Assembly (NCBI GenBank): GCA_051651885.1
Contig: JBOFTD010000018.1
Coordinates: 1 to 43,908 of the forward strand
Reading direction: 5' to 3'
From: Treponemataceae bacterium
Lineage (GTDB): Bacteria; Spirochaetota; Spirochaetia; Treponematales; Treponemataceae
DNA: 43,908 nucleotides
Shown: piece after piece, positions 1 through 9,789 of the stretch
Layout of the letters: each line of letters starts with the position of its first letter
How positions within the stretch are numbered: position 1 is the stretch's first letter
Notes under the pieces: model-generated
The model's input: only the letters and a program-made list of their open reading frames with translations
Told to the model about the DNA's origin: nothing
Database searches by the model: none
Made by a program: the position numbers and the translations under genes

Positions 1-136
1 GAATAAATTTGTAATAGCTATTAATTGTATTTCGATTTACCTTCACAATTTTTGCTGCAGCCGTTGCGGTAATATCCTCACTAAAACATAAAACTATTTT
101 ATTGACTTTATATGTACTTAATCTACTGAATTTCAT
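1..136 (-). CDS. 5' end of a gene that runs off the left edge; the HTH-type N-terminus resembles IS1595-family transposases (partial)
   Basis: The reverse complement of 1..136 reads ATG then MKFSRLSTYKVNKIVLCFSEDITATAAAKIVKVNRNTINSYYKFI, with no stop before the window edge. It is too short for the ORF track. The SRLS-YK-NK...TA-AA...VN-NT...YY pattern matches my recollection of IS1595-type transposase N-termini (recall only). Confidence 0.35.
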   Translation of the reverse strand, partial: MKFSRLSTYKVNKIVLCFSEDITATAAAKIVKVNRNTINSYYKFI

Positions 137-157
137 TTACTTACACCTTGTATATTT

Positions 158-178
158 TTTAGGTGCTAGTCAATAACC
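158..178. repeat. Copy 1 of a 21-nt motif, TTTAGGTGCTAGTCAA[T/G]AACC
   Basis: A 16-nt exact match plus 4 further matches with 10305..10325, in the same orientation. Both copies lie just upstream of a minus-strand HTH gene start. Confidence 0.6.
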
Positions 179-250
179 TTAATTAATACGTGCTACTTGA
201 TTTTATTACAAAAAAAAACTAATATAAAAGACATTATTTTTTGGATTTTT

Positions 251-910
251 ATGGATAAAGAATTTACGCTAATCGATAGCATTGAAAGTAATAAAAAAAA
301 ACATCGCGTGTATTTATTTTTTAAACGTTTTTTTGATTTTACCGTTGCACTTTGTGCCTTTTATTTTTTTCTCCCATTATTTATTTTTCTTGCGATCTGC
401 ATTAAACTTGATTCAAAGGGAAAAGTTTTTTACTCACAAATACGAATCGGAAAACAAGGGCGTATATTTAAAATTTACAAATTTCGTACTATGGTGCATA
501 ACTCTGATGAGGTATTTAAAAATTTTACTCCCGCACAAAAAGAAGAATTTGCAAAAAAATTTAAATTAGAAAATGATCCTCGCATTACTCATATTGGAAA
601 TTTTTTGCGGAAAACAAGCTTAGATGAGTTGCCGCAATTATGGAATGTCGTCAAAGGAGACATGAGCCTTGTGGGAAATCGCCCCATTGTACATGCAGAA
701 GTTGAACGATACGGCAAATATTTTGATGCAATTTTTGCGTGTCGGCCGGGACTTACCGGATATTGGCAAGCAAATGGCAGAAGTGAAACAACCTATGAAA
801 AGCGTATCGCTATGGATTTATATTACACTATTCATAAATGTTTTTCGCTCGATATTGATATTTTATTTAAAACCATTATTTACGTCATCCGCCGAAAAGG
901 AGCGATATAA
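251..910 (+). CDS. Bacterial sugar transferase (polyprenyl-phosphate hexose-1-phosphate transferase, WbaP/EpsL C-terminal-domain type)
   Basis: One TM helix is followed by the motifs [24 protein letters not shown] and PGLTGYWQ. The ORF track opens at TTG 197; I prefer the first ATG at 251. Confidence 0.8.
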   Translation: MDKEFTLIDSIESNKKKHRVYLFFKRFFDFTVALCAFYFFLPLFIFLAICIKLDSKGKVFYSQIRIGKQGRIFKIYKFRTMVHNSDEVFKNFTPAQKEEFAKKFKLENDPRITHIGNFLRKTSLDELPQLWNVVKGDMSLVGNRPIVHAEVERYGKYFDAIFACRPGLTGYWQANGRSETTYEKRIAMDLYYTIHKCFSLDIDILFKTIIYVIRRKGAI

Positions 911-919
911 CAATATTTT

Positions 920-1942
920 ATGCCGTCTTTATCGAACGTTTCAGAATCCCACCGTCCCCCAATTCTAAGTGTTCATAATTTATACACGCACTTTTTTAGT
1001 GATGCAGGGACAATAAAAGCAGTCGATGGCATTAGCTTTGAAGTCCCCAAAGGCAAAACACTTGCTATTGTTGGCGAATCTGGCTGTGGCAAATCAGTAA
1101 CCAGCCTTTCTATCATGGGACTAATAAAAGAAAGTCAAGGAATCATAGCAGAAGGATCGATACACCTCCATAAAGAGGGTTCTTTTATTGATCTTATCAA
1201 ACTCTCAAATGAAAAACTACAAACTATTCGCGGTAAAGATATTGCGATGATATTTCAAGAGCCAATGACGAGCCTTAATCCCGTTTTTACAATTGGAAAC
1301 CAGCTTGATGAAGCATTACGCATCCATAATCCCAGCCTTTCAAACGCGGAGATAAAAGCTCATACTATCGATATGCTTAAAAAAGTTGGCATACCGCGTC
1401 AAAATGAAGTATATCACGATTATCCACACCAGCTTTCTGGTGGCATGCAACAAAGAGTGATGATAGCAATGGCTCTCCAATGTCAGCCAAGCCTGATTAT
1501 CGCAGACGAGCCAACCACCGCCTTAGATGTAACTATACAGGCGCAAATCCTTGATCTACTTGAACAAATCAAAACAGAATTTAACACTTCCATTATTCTT
1601 ATTACGCATGATCTTGGCGTTGTTGCCCAAGTTGCAGATTACGTGCTTGTTATGTATGCGGGAAAAATTATCGAAAGTGGAAATATCTACGATATATTTA
1701 AATCGCCTCTGCACCCTTACACAAAAGGATTACTCGCTTGCCGACCACAACAAAACCAAAGCACAAAACGACTCTATTCCATACCGGGAACCGTACCAAA
1801 TCCTATCAATCGGCAAAATATTTGTTCATTTAAAGATCGATGCACGCAACACATTCCCGCTTGTAATGGAGCAGTCCCAACGCTAACGACTGCAGATCAT
1901 GCCGTTGCCTGCTATTTGTATACAAAGGAAATAAATGGATAA
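920..1942 (+). CDS. oppD: Opp/Dpp-type peptide ABC transporter ATP-binding protein
   Basis: Walker A GESGCGKS, signature LSGGMQQR, Walker B LIIADEPTTALD and a Cys-rich oligopeptide-type C-terminal extension. It starts 9 nt after the sugar transferase stop. Confidence 0.88.
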   Translation: MPSLSNVSESHRPPILSVHNLYTHFFSDAGTIKAVDGISFEVPKGKTLAIVGESGCGKSVTSLSIMGLIKESQGIIAEGSIHLHKEGSFIDLIKLSNEKLQTIRGKDIAMIFQEPMTSLNPVFTIGNQLDEALRIHNPSLSNAEIKAHTIDMLKKVGIPRQNEVYHDYPHQLSGGMQQRVMIAMALQCQPSLIIADEPTTALDVTIQAQILDLLEQIKTEFNTSIILITHDLGVVAQVADYVLVMYAGKIIESGNIYDIFKSPLHPYTKGLLACRPQQNQSTKRLYSIPGTVPNPINRQNICSFKDRCTQHIPACNGAVPTLTTADHAVACYLYTKEING

Positions 1943-2951
1943 ATATCAAAATATTCAGATAAATGCAACCGCAAAAGAAGGGGATTCGCTTGTTAGAGTA
2001 GAAAATCTAAAAAAATACTATCCCATAAAAAGTGGAATTTTTCGAAAGACAACAAATCATGTAAAAGCAGTTGACGACGTAAGTTTTTGCATATCAAAAG
2101 GACGCACTCTTGGACTAGTAGGAGAATCTGGTTGCGGCAAAACGACCGTAGGACGAACCATCCTCCGCTTGCAAGAAAAAACCGCAGGGCATGTTTATTT
2201 TAATAATATCGATATTTTTAATATGCCGAATGCACAGCTACGTACTCTTCGCCCTCACATGCAGTTAGTTTTTCAAGATCCGTATAGTTCGCTCAACCCA
2301 CGACTTCCGGTAAGTGAAATTATCGGAGAAGCCGTTCGCGAACATCACATCGTATCAAAACAGGAGTACGCTGCATACCTAGCACAAATCGCCAAGCAGT
2401 GTGGCTTGCAAAATCACCACCTTTTGCGCTATCCTCATGAGTTTTCAGGCGGCCAACGCCAACGCATTTGCATAGCACGAGCCCTTGCCCTCAAACCACA
2501 ATTTATCGTTGCAGATGAATGCGTTTCAGCTCTTGACGTATCAATACAAGCACAAATCATAAATCTTCTAATGGATTTACAAGAGCAGTATCAGCTCACC
2601 TATCTTTTTATCTCACACGATTTATCCGTTGTTGAACATATCTGTGACGAAGTAGCCGTCATGTATTTAGGAAGTATTGTAGAAAAAGCTTCAAAGCAGC
2701 AACTTTTTAACTCGCCACTTCATCCCTACACGCAAGCTCTTTTAAGTGCAGTCCCCAAAGCAGATCCTACGCATAAAAGCAAGAAAATCATCCTTAACGG
2801 AGATATCCCTTCCCCGTCGAACCCGCCTAGCGGATGCACCTTCCACACTCGCTGCCCGCAATGTATAAGTAAGTGTAAGACAACCGTGCCTCCGCTACAC
2901 CAAATAAATGAACATAGCGTTAGATGTCATAGAATCGGCGATAACTCATAA
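1935..2951 (+). CDS. oppF: Opp/Dpp-type peptide ABC transporter ATP-binding protein
   Basis: Walker A GESGCGKT, signature FSGGQRQR, Walker [12 protein letters not shown]. The start overlaps the upstream stop by 8 nt. Confidence 0.88.
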   Translation: MDKYQNIQINATAKEGDSLVRVENLKKYYPIKSGIFRKTTNHVKAVDDVSFCISKGRTLGLVGESGCGKTTVGRTILRLQEKTAGHVYFNNIDIFNMPNAQLRTLRPHMQLVFQDPYSSLNPRLPVSEIIGEAVREHHIVSKQEYAAYLAQIAKQCGLQNHHLLRYPHEFSGGQRQRICIARALALKPQFIVADECVSALDVSIQAQIINLLMDLQEQYQLTYLFISHDLSVVEHICDEVAVMYLGSIVEKASKQQLFNSPLHPYTQALLSAVPKADPTHKSKKIILNGDIPSPSNPPSGCTFHTRCPQCISKCKTTVPPLHQINEHSVRCHRIGDNS

Positions 2952-2969
2952 AAGGAATTCAACATAATT

Positions 2970-3188
2970 ATGAATAAAAAAAAACTATCCGATTTTGATG
3001 ACAATCACACCATAGCAGATATGAACGTACAAGGGATGCCTTTTTATTACGCGGGCACAAAATTCACCAAAAAAGAAATCCGCGCAATTTTAAAAGCCCT
3101 TTTGCAAATACTTTTGCCTATCGCAGCATACTTTGCACTTGGCTACACGCTCTTCCTCGTTGCATTTAGCCTGCTTTCAAAAAGATAA
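2970..3188 (+). CDS. Small hypothetical membrane protein (72 aa)
   Basis: AAGGA lies 13 nt upstream. There is a C-terminal hydrophobic helix (ILLPIAAYFALGYTLFLVAFSLL). No family recognised. Confidence 0.4.
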   Translation: MNKKKLSDFDDNHTIADMNVQGMPFYYAGTKFTKKEIRAILKALLQILLPIAAYFALGYTLFLVAFSLLSKR

Positions 3189-3303
3189 CACTATCATCAT
3201 TGATCACCACAATTTACCAAGAAAAAACTACGTAAAATAAAATTTTTTACAAAAGTATTTTATCAATACAGCAAAAACAGTTTTCTTTTTTGAAAGAATT
3301 CGC

Positions 3304-3318
3304 TATACTTTTCAAATG
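3304..3318 (+). promoter_or_regulatory. -10 box TATACT placed 6 nt before ATG 3316, with no SD (leaderless-type arrangement)
   Basis: The sequence reads cgcTATACTtttcaaATG. The ATG is fixed by the Rossmann motif, which begins at residue 5. Confidence 0.45.
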
Positions 3319-4596
3319 AAAAATTATGACGTCGTAATTTGCGGTTCAGGTCCTGCAGGATTGGGAGCGGCTTTTGCATTACTAGAAAAAAAACCTACTA
3401 CATCTATCTTGATTCTCGAAAAATCAACCATTTCCTCTGGCGGTTTACGCAACGACTGCAAGATGAATTTTACCTTTCCCGTTGGATTTCCGCTTGAATA
3501 TTGGAACAAAGAAAATGTTGTGCCATACCTGCAAAAAACGGAGGATTTTCTAAAACCCGCTATTTTAGATAAAGAAAAAATTGATACGTACACAAAGCGA
3601 GCTGAACGAATTGGAGTTGAGCTTTTAACGATTCGTCAATCTCACTTAGGAACCGACGGTGGAATTCGCCTCATTAAAGAGCTAACAACTCGGTTAGAAG
3701 AAAAAAATGTTGAATTTGGTTTTAACGAAGCCTTAATTTCTGCCGACGAAAAAAATCACATTGCCGTCACCGATAAACGAGAGATTTCATATAAATCACT
3801 TATTGTAGCACCTGGGCGACACGGTTTTGATTTTTTACGAAAATTTATGGATGCCTTGGGCATTACTTTTAACGACAATAGCATTGACGTTGGGCTTCGC
3901 ATTGAAACAAAAGAAAAAAACTATCCTATCGTTGCTGATTATTACGACCCAAAATTTATGTTCCCCGAGTCAACTCGTACTTTTTGCACCAATTCTGGCA
4001 GTGCGTATGTTGTACAAGAAAAATACACGACAAGCTCAAATCAGGTTTATTACAGCGTAAATGGCCATGCCTACTCAGGCAAGCTCAAAAACAATGGATT
4101 AGTGAATTTTGCTATGCTTCGCACCGTCTCTTTTACCGAGCCGCTTGCATCTGGGCAAGATTATGCAGAATTTTTAGCTTCCCTTGCCATGCTCACGGGC
4201 GGTGGGCATCCTATCTTGCAGCGAGTAGGAGATTTCCGCCTTGGCAAAAGAACAACCTCAGAAGGCTTAAACAAAGATTTATACGACTTTGAACCAACTT
4301 TAAAATCGGCAACCCCGGGAGATATTGCCCTTGCAATGCCTGCAAAGTTTTTGCAATCAATTTGGAAAGCTCTAAAGCGCCTTGACACAATCGTTCCGGG
4401 CGTTTTGCATCCAAGCACAATCATGTATTACCCAGAAATTAAGCTTTATGCCAATAAGCCAATTTTCAAAAATGATTTTTTTATGGCAGCAAATGATATT
4501 TATTTAATTGGCGATGGAGCAGGAACTTCACGCGGAATTACAGGAGCGTGGGCTTCTGGCGTGCGTGCCGCTCAAGGTATTTTGAAAAATACATGA
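3316..4596 (+). CDS. FAD-dependent oxidoreductase (uncharacterised dehydrogenase family, COG2509-like by recall)
   Basis: N-terminal dinucleotide-binding motif DVVICGSGPAGLGAA and C-terminal GDGAGTSRGI. Confidence 0.75.
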   Translation: MKNYDVVICGSGPAGLGAAFALLEKKPTTSILILEKSTISSGGLRNDCKMNFTFPVGFPLEYWNKENVVPYLQKTEDFLKPAILDKEKIDTYTKRAERIGVELLTIRQSHLGTDGGIRLIKELTTRLEEKNVEFGFNEALISADEKNHIAVTDKREISYKSLIVAPGRHGFDFLRKFMDALGITFNDNSIDVGLRIETKEKNYPIVADYYDPKFMFPESTRTFCTNSGSAYVVQEKYTTSSNQVYYSVNGHAYSGKLKNNGLVNFAMLRTVSFTEPLASGQDYAEFLASLAMLTGGGHPILQRVGDFRLGKRTTSEGLNKDLYDFEPTLKSATPGDIALAMPAKFLQSIWKALKRLDTIVPGVLHPSTIMYYPEIKLYANKPIFKNDFFMAANDIYLIGDGAGTSRGITGAWASGVRAAQGILKNT

Positions 4597-5132
4597 GAAT
4601 AACAGGCGGAACTCTTTGCGGTAGAGTTATTGATTGCCCTGATGGCATAATTCGTCCTGCAATGGATAAAATGAGGGAATCCCTTTTTAGCATTCTTGGC
4701 GACTTAAGCGAAAAATCTTTTTTAGATTTATTTGCAGGGTCGGGAATTTTATCGCTTGAAGCGGCATCCCGAGGGGCAACACAAATTACGCTTGTTGAAA
4801 AAGACAAAGGAAAAATTCCGACAATTTTTCAAAACATTGCGATTTCTCCCGTAAAGATTGAGTGCAAATTTGTTGCCGTTGAACTTTTTATCAAACGCAA
4901 CAAAAAGCAATTTGATATTATTTTTTTAGATCCGCCGTTCCCCTATAAATTCCACGAAGACTTGGTTTTACAATGTGCAAAAACAAATAGTTTGACTGAA
5001 AAGGGGCAACTACTCATCCATCGTCCCTCAGAAAAAAAACTGAGTGAAAACATTGGTAATTTTCACCGCTTTGATCAACGAGTTTACGGTCGATCCATTG
5101 TCGATTTTTACAAAATCAACGATGAGATTTAA
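4593..5132 (+). CDS. rsmD: 16S rRNA (guanine966-N2)-methyltransferase RsmD family
   Basis: Motifs RPAMDKMRESLFSIL, DLFAGSGILSLEAASRGA and FLDPPFPY. ATG 4593 overlaps the upstream TGA (ATGA). The track start at 4548 adds a non-conserved extension. Confidence 0.8.
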   Translation: MRITGGTLCGRVIDCPDGIIRPAMDKMRESLFSILGDLSEKSFLDLFAGSGILSLEAASRGATQITLVEKDKGKIPTIFQNIAISPVKIECKFVAVELFIKRNKKQFDIIFLDPPFPYKFHEDLVLQCAKTNSLTEKGQLLIHRPSEKKLSENIGNFHRFDQRVYGRSIVDFYKINDEI

Positions 5133-5167
5133 AATATTATATAGTTTTTCAGCACAAAAAAATATTT

Positions 5168-6334
5168 TTATTGCTGAGAATTATTTTTTGTGTAAATATA
5201 TGAGGCAATTAAAACAGTTGCAGGAACGGCAAATAAAATTCCCATGCTTCCAATAACGGCTTGAACAATTTCTGATGCAATTTTTTCGGTATTAATTAAA
5301 TATAAAATATTTTTATTATGAGCGGAAAACAACAACACTGTTGCAAGAGAGCTTCCAATATACGCTAAAATGAGAGTGTTCGTCATTGTACCGATTGCGT
5401 CTTTTCCGATATTCATTCCGGATTTAACTAAAACTCGAAATGACTTTCTTTCCATTGTGTCATAGATTTCTTTAAGAGCAGATGAAATTGTCATTGCAAC
5501 ATCCATTACCGCACCTAACGATCCAATCACAACTCCGCCCCACAAAACAGCTCTCAAATCAATGGGGTTTTCAGGATTTAGTTCCTTCAAAACAATAAAG
5601 CTTGCATCAATAATTCCTGTAAAATCAAGTAATATCGACATAAGAATTGCACATAAAGCAGATAAAACAACCCCAAAAAAATTACCAAAAATGGCAGCAA
5701 AAGTTTTTTTATTAAGTCCATTTATAATAATCAGGCTTGAAAAAATAATAAAAATACTCACGATACTTGTTAAAAAATAAATGTTATACCCTTTCAAAAT
5801 TCCGGGAATATAAATTTTAAAAATTGTTATTGTCGAAAAAATAAGGGAAATATTCGTTGCAATGCCTTTTGCTTTTCCCAAAAAAACAACGCAAAGCAAA
5901 AAAATACCAATCATCCACGTTAAAATGGTTTGCCGTGAATGCCCCGAATAACGCCATACGGGCGTTCCATCAAAATCCTCTAGGTACACAAGAATAATAG
6001 AATCGCCCGGCTTAACTTCACGCTGATTAAATGGCACAAAAGAATTAATTTCTTGCTGTCCCTCAATAATTTCGCCTCGAAATTCGCCGCCTTTAATTTT
6101 TGCATAAAACTTGATGATTTTGCTTTCCATTACTTCGTCAGATCCCGAATTATCAACGCTATCAATGTTAATAATTCGCCCAGAATAAAACTTATCATCT
6201 TGCATTAAGGTACTTTGCGGATCACATACGAATATTCCAATTATCAAAAAAAGCACTGAAAGCACAATGGTTATCACATATCCGAGAGAATTCATTGTTA
6301 GTACAATTTGAATATCATCTTGCTTTGAATTCAT
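5168..6334 (-). CDS. YibE/F-like multi-pass membrane protein
   Basis: One N-terminal TM helix, a roughly 110-aa extracytoplasmic segment, then about 7 TM helices. AAGGA is upstream. Family assigned by recall. Confidence 0.65.
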   Translation of the reverse strand: MNSKQDDIQIVLTMNSLGYVITIVLSVLFLIIGIFVCDPQSTLMQDDKFYSGRIINIDSVDNSGSDEVMESKIIKFYAKIKGGEFRGEIIEGQQEINSFVPFNQREVKPGDSIILVYLEDFDGTPVWRYSGHSRQTILTWMIGIFLLCVVFLGKAKGIATNISLIFSTITIFKIYIPGILKGYNIYFLTSIVSIFIIFSSLIIINGLNKKTFAAIFGNFFGVVLSALCAILMSILLDFTGIIDASFIVLKELNPENPIDLRAVLWGGVVIGSLGAVMDVAMTISSALKEIYDTMERKSFRVLVKSGMNIGKDAIGTMTNTLILAYIGSSLATVLLFSAHNKNILYLINTEKIASEIVQAVIGSMGILFAVPATVLIASYIYTKNNSQQ

Positions 6335-6400
6335 TTTTTATTCCTTTGTTTAATTTTTCGTAAGAAAACTGTAATCTTTTTAGCCTTACGATTTTCATAA

Positions 6401-8596
6401 CTACTCAGTCTCGCTCCCAAAAATAGGCTTTCTAAAATTATTTTTCGCTTCAAAACTATTCCATTGATACGGCGTATTAAAATTAGGATGAGGACGAATA
6501 TCATCGTAGCGACCAGAGTTATTCCAATGCAAATAACCGTTATTGATTGAATCTCTAATGCCATACACTTGTTTTTCGACATAATCTTCATTATAGTGTG
6601 CTCGATCATAAGAAACATTCAAATAAAAAGCTTGCGTCCACGGACGAACGACAACTTTGTTTCGAGCAATAACCGCATTACGAAATGATCCGTAATAATA
6701 AATTCGATACGGGCGCTCTTCTGCAGGAGTTTGTGCAAAAAAATCTTGTTCAAAGTGACTTGGATAAAACATGGGCAAAATAACATCAACAAACTGTGCA
6801 AGCATTTCAACATCCTGCCCCGTTCGAGTTCCGCTGCGATAAAATCCATTTGCACCATAAATATCAATTCCGATAGGAGCCTGAATATTTTTTCGGGCAT
6901 ACGATAAAAAAGAAATCAAGGCACTTTCCATGTCCATATTATGCTCGCGATAAGGATACGAAGCCTGATGCAAATTAAGCCCATCAGTTGGAAAACGAAT
7001 ATAGTCAAATTGAATTTCATCAAAGCCTCGTGCAATCAACTCTTTTGCAATCGCTATATTATACTCCCACACTTTTTCAGAATAAGGATCAACCCAATAT
7101 TCCTCATACATAAGCGGGACGCTTTTCCCTGTTTTAGTTTTTACTACCTCGTCATTCACAACTTCTTCAATTTCTTCATCAACATAGCGATTAATTCCTT
7201 GCCACGGTTTTTTTGAAGCTCTATCTTGCACCGCATATTTTCCCTCTGCATATTGATACAAAGATTTATCCTTAAAAACAACGATTCGAGCAATTAAATA
7301 TTTATTGTCATCTTTCATTTTTTTTACGACTTTTTCTAAATCAACCGAGTATGAACTTTTTGATCCCATTTGAGTAACAAGCGGATCCTTCGAGGTGTAG
7401 CGCAGCAAACCTTGATCATCTTTCATGTCAATAACAGCCGAATTCAGTTTATTTTTATTCATAATCGACATAAAACGATTTAAGCCATTATCAGAAATAA
7501 TCTGATTTACAGGAATGTACAATCCTGTTCGATTTTTGATGATATCAATATATTTTGATGTAATTTTTTGAGGATTTGTCAGCCACAATTCTGAAAGAAA
7601 ATACTCATCTTTGCCAGAAAAAAGAACCGCACAATTTGCTTTATCTAAAATTTTTTCGTGCGTGCCTACAATATTTTTCTTTGAATATTCTTGACTTGTC
7701 AGCGTTTTTAAATCGAGTTTTGTAAAACCGCCATACGTTGTAAAAAAAAGTGCATTATTTATATAATGCAAACCGTCAACAACGGCAGCAGGATCAGCAC
7801 CTTTCCACAAGAGTTTGCCAGAAATAGTTTTCCAGTCAAGCTCGTAAATACGAGGGCGAAATGTCTGTGAAACATAGATTTTCGTTGTGTTGTTTCCATT
7901 TTCATTAGGAATGGAAACCGTCAAAATATCTGAAGCCTCGTCAACAAATTTTGATGTATCCATTAACTCAAAACCGTTTTCAATATCAATCCATTCAATT
8001 TTTTTTGCATCGGGCTTGCAATAACCAAGACTATAAATTGCATGCGAAATAAACGCAACCAATTCCAACTCGCCCGTCGTTTGATTTGGAAGACTTGCAA
8101 TCGCCACCGCTTTAATTCCTGCTGTACGAGAATTTGATCCTATATTTTTCCATGAATTTCCTGCGTCTTTTGAAAGAAACACCGCATCTTTTGTTGCCGT
8201 TACTAAAATATTAGGATCGCTTGGATGAGTTTCTAAGTCCTTTAAAGATTGAACATTTTCTTTAAAAGATTTCTTGCCGTTATCGTATTCTTTGATAACA
8301 TTTATGGGCAAACCTTGATTACAATCAACAAATGTTATTAAATCGTTGCTCTTAAAAATTCCTTTTGAGGTTAAAATATACCAAACATTAGTTTGAATAA
8401 TTTTTTTTACACTTCCTTCAGTCCAAAGAGGAATTTTTTGTTCGTTTTCTATCTTGTATAAACCGTCTTCCGTTCCCACCAGCAAAAAATTATTTGTTCC
8501 TGCAATGGCTCTTTTTTTTTCGTCGATGCTCCCTGCACTATGCAATGCAAAAAATAAAATTAACAAAGAAAATATGCAGAGATTTTTTTTATTCAT
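6401..8596 (-). CDS. Secreted protein: N-terminal BNR/propeller-like region plus a C-terminal putative glycoside-hydrolase-like TIM barrel (DUF4015/GHL type)
   Basis: Signal peptide MNKKNLCIFSLLILFFALHSAG, an Asp-box-like SKDAGNSW, and the C-terminal half YWVDPYSEKVWEYNIAIAKELIARGFDEIQFDYIRFP, which is typical of the GHL family by recall. Confidence 0.65.
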   Translation of the reverse strand: MNKKNLCIFSLLILFFALHSAGSIDEKKRAIAGTNNFLLVGTEDGLYKIENEQKIPLWTEGSVKKIIQTNVWYILTSKGIFKSNDLITFVDCNQGLPINVIKEYDNGKKSFKENVQSLKDLETHPSDPNILVTATKDAVFLSKDAGNSWKNIGSNSRTAGIKAVAIASLPNQTTGELELVAFISHAIYSLGYCKPDAKKIEWIDIENGFELMDTSKFVDEASDILTVSIPNENGNNTTKIYVSQTFRPRIYELDWKTISGKLLWKGADPAAVVDGLHYINNALFFTTYGGFTKLDLKTLTSQEYSKKNIVGTHEKILDKANCAVLFSGKDEYFLSELWLTNPQKITSKYIDIIKNRTGLYIPVNQIISDNGLNRFMSIMNKNKLNSAVIDMKDDQGLLRYTSKDPLVTQMGSKSSYSVDLEKVVKKMKDDNKYLIARIVVFKDKSLYQYAEGKYAVQDRASKKPWQGINRYVDEEIEEVVNDEVVKTKTGKSVPLMYEEYWVDPYSEKVWEYNIAIAKELIARGFDEIQFDYIRFPTDGLNLHQASYPYREHNMDMESALISFLSYARKNIQAPIGIDIYGANGFYRSGTRTGQDVEMLAQFVDVILPMFYPSHFEQDFFAQTPAEERPYRIYYYGSFRNAVIARNKVVVRPWTQAFYLNVSYDRAHYNEDYVEKQVYGIRDSINNGYLHWNNSGRYDDIRPHPNFNTPYQWNSFEAKNNFRKPIFGSETE

Positions 8597-8608
8597 GCGA
8601 GTACTATA
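8594..8608 (-). promoter_or_regulatory. -10 box TATAGT placed 6 nt before ATG 8596, with no SD
   Basis: The minus strand reads cagTATAGTactcgcATG. The ATG opens a signal peptide. Confidence 0.4.
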
Positions 8609-8697
8609 CTGAAAAAAAGGATTTTATAAAAGAGATTTTGTTATTTGTCGAGTAAAAAAAGATTTCAACGCTCCTCGTAAAAAAGATTTTTTTTATA

Positions 8698-9789
8698 TCA
8701 ATTTTTTGGGTATGCGTATTCTTTTCCATTTTTTGTAAAAATATATTTTTTTGCGGTTTGCGTAACATGCGGAGCAAAATTTTCAAGGCACGAAAGATTT
8801 ATTTTTCCGCCGCCATTTGGTAAATCAAGGGCAAATTGTGGTAACGACAGGCCGCTTAATTCGTTTCGCAGATTTTCATATAAAGAAAGGGCGTCGCCAA
8901 GAGGAACACGAAAATGCGAAATTCCTTGTGCTAAATCGCACTGAAAAAGATAGCCCGCTTTTACACCAATTTTTGTAAGTGAGACGAATAGATTTTTAAG
9001 AATTTCTGTTTGATCATTTATGTCTTTTAAAAGCACTGTTTGTGACTGCAGCGGAATTCCTGCACAAAGAAGGCGATCTAAACAGGAGATCGTTTTGCTG
9101 CAAATCTCTGCGGGATGGTTAATATGTGGAATCACCCAAAGAGGTTTATTGTCCTTAAAAAATGAAACAAGTTTTTTTGAAATTCTCTCAGGAAAAAAAG
9201 TAGTCGCTCGAGTACAAATGCGAATCAGCAAATCACTTTTTGTACGGCGAAGTTTTTTGATTAAATACATAACTTTTTCATCGGAGGCAAAAAGCACATC
9301 TCCACCCGAAAGCAAAATTTCATCAATATGAGAATTTTCTGCAAGGTAAGCACAAACTTCATCTATTTCTAAATGACTTATAAATCCTTCTTTGTAGGAG
9401 AGATAATCTTTTCTAAAACAATAGCGACAGTGTGAAAAACACAATCCATTTGTTATTAAAAGTACACGGTTTTTGTACTGATGTATCAATCGAGGAAGTT
9501 TTTTATACTTATTTCCGCCAAGCGGATCTCGCAACTCGTAATCAAAAATTTCTTTTTCATGCGGGGAAGGAATCACTTGGGAGCGCAATGCGTAAAAATC
9601 CTTATAACGATTGCTGCACAAAAGATCTTTCATCAAATCTGCATAATGAGTGCTAATTGCTAACGGAAGCGACGAGGCATCATTAATAATTTTTTTTTCA
9701 GCATCACTTAGCGAAAGAAAATCCAGATTGGAAGCGGTGCGATAAATAGTTAGTTGTTTTTGCCAAAATGGAATAGGATGAAAAGTCAT
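8698..9789 (-). CDS. KamA-family radical SAM aminomutase, EpmB-like (lysine 2,3-aminomutase-type)
   Basis: Radical SAM motif CFSHCRYCFRKD preceded by IHQYKNRVLLITNG. The size (363 aa) is closer to EpmB than to catabolic KamA. Confidence 0.75.
   Translation of the reverse strand: MTFHPIPFWQKQLTIYRTASNLDFLSLSDAEKKIINDASSLPLAISTHYADLMKDLLCSNRYKDFYALRSQVIPSPHEKEIFDYELRDPLGGNKYKKLPRLIHQYKNRVLLITNGLCFSHCRYCFRKDYLSYKEGFISHLEIDEVCAYLAENSHIDEILLSGGDVLFASDEKVMYLIKKLRRTKSDLLIRICTRATTFFPERISKKLVSFFKDNKPLWVIPHINHPAEICSKTISCLDRLLCAGIPLQSQTVLLKDINDQTEILKNLFVSLTKIGVKAGYLFQCDLAQGISHFRVPLGDALSLYENLRNELSGLSLPQFALDLPNGGGKINLSCLENFAPHVTQTAKKYIFTKNGKEYAYPKN

Noticed and set aside
293-301. A9 homopolymer tracts as phase-variation switches (also around 2976..2990, and A9 at 27771..27779 in the nrfA promoter spacer)
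   Set aside because: The coding ones are simply Lys-Lys-Lys codons in an AT-rich genome. Nine A residues is short for efficient slippage. The promoter-spacer run is noted, but I have no evidence that it varies.
1420-1428. A perfect DnaA-box-like TTATCCACA, and parAB as a hint of oriC
   Set aside because: There is a single copy, inside the oppD coding sequence. I found no cluster of boxes, no dnaA/dnaN and no parS-like TGTTNCACGTGAAACA anywhere in the window.
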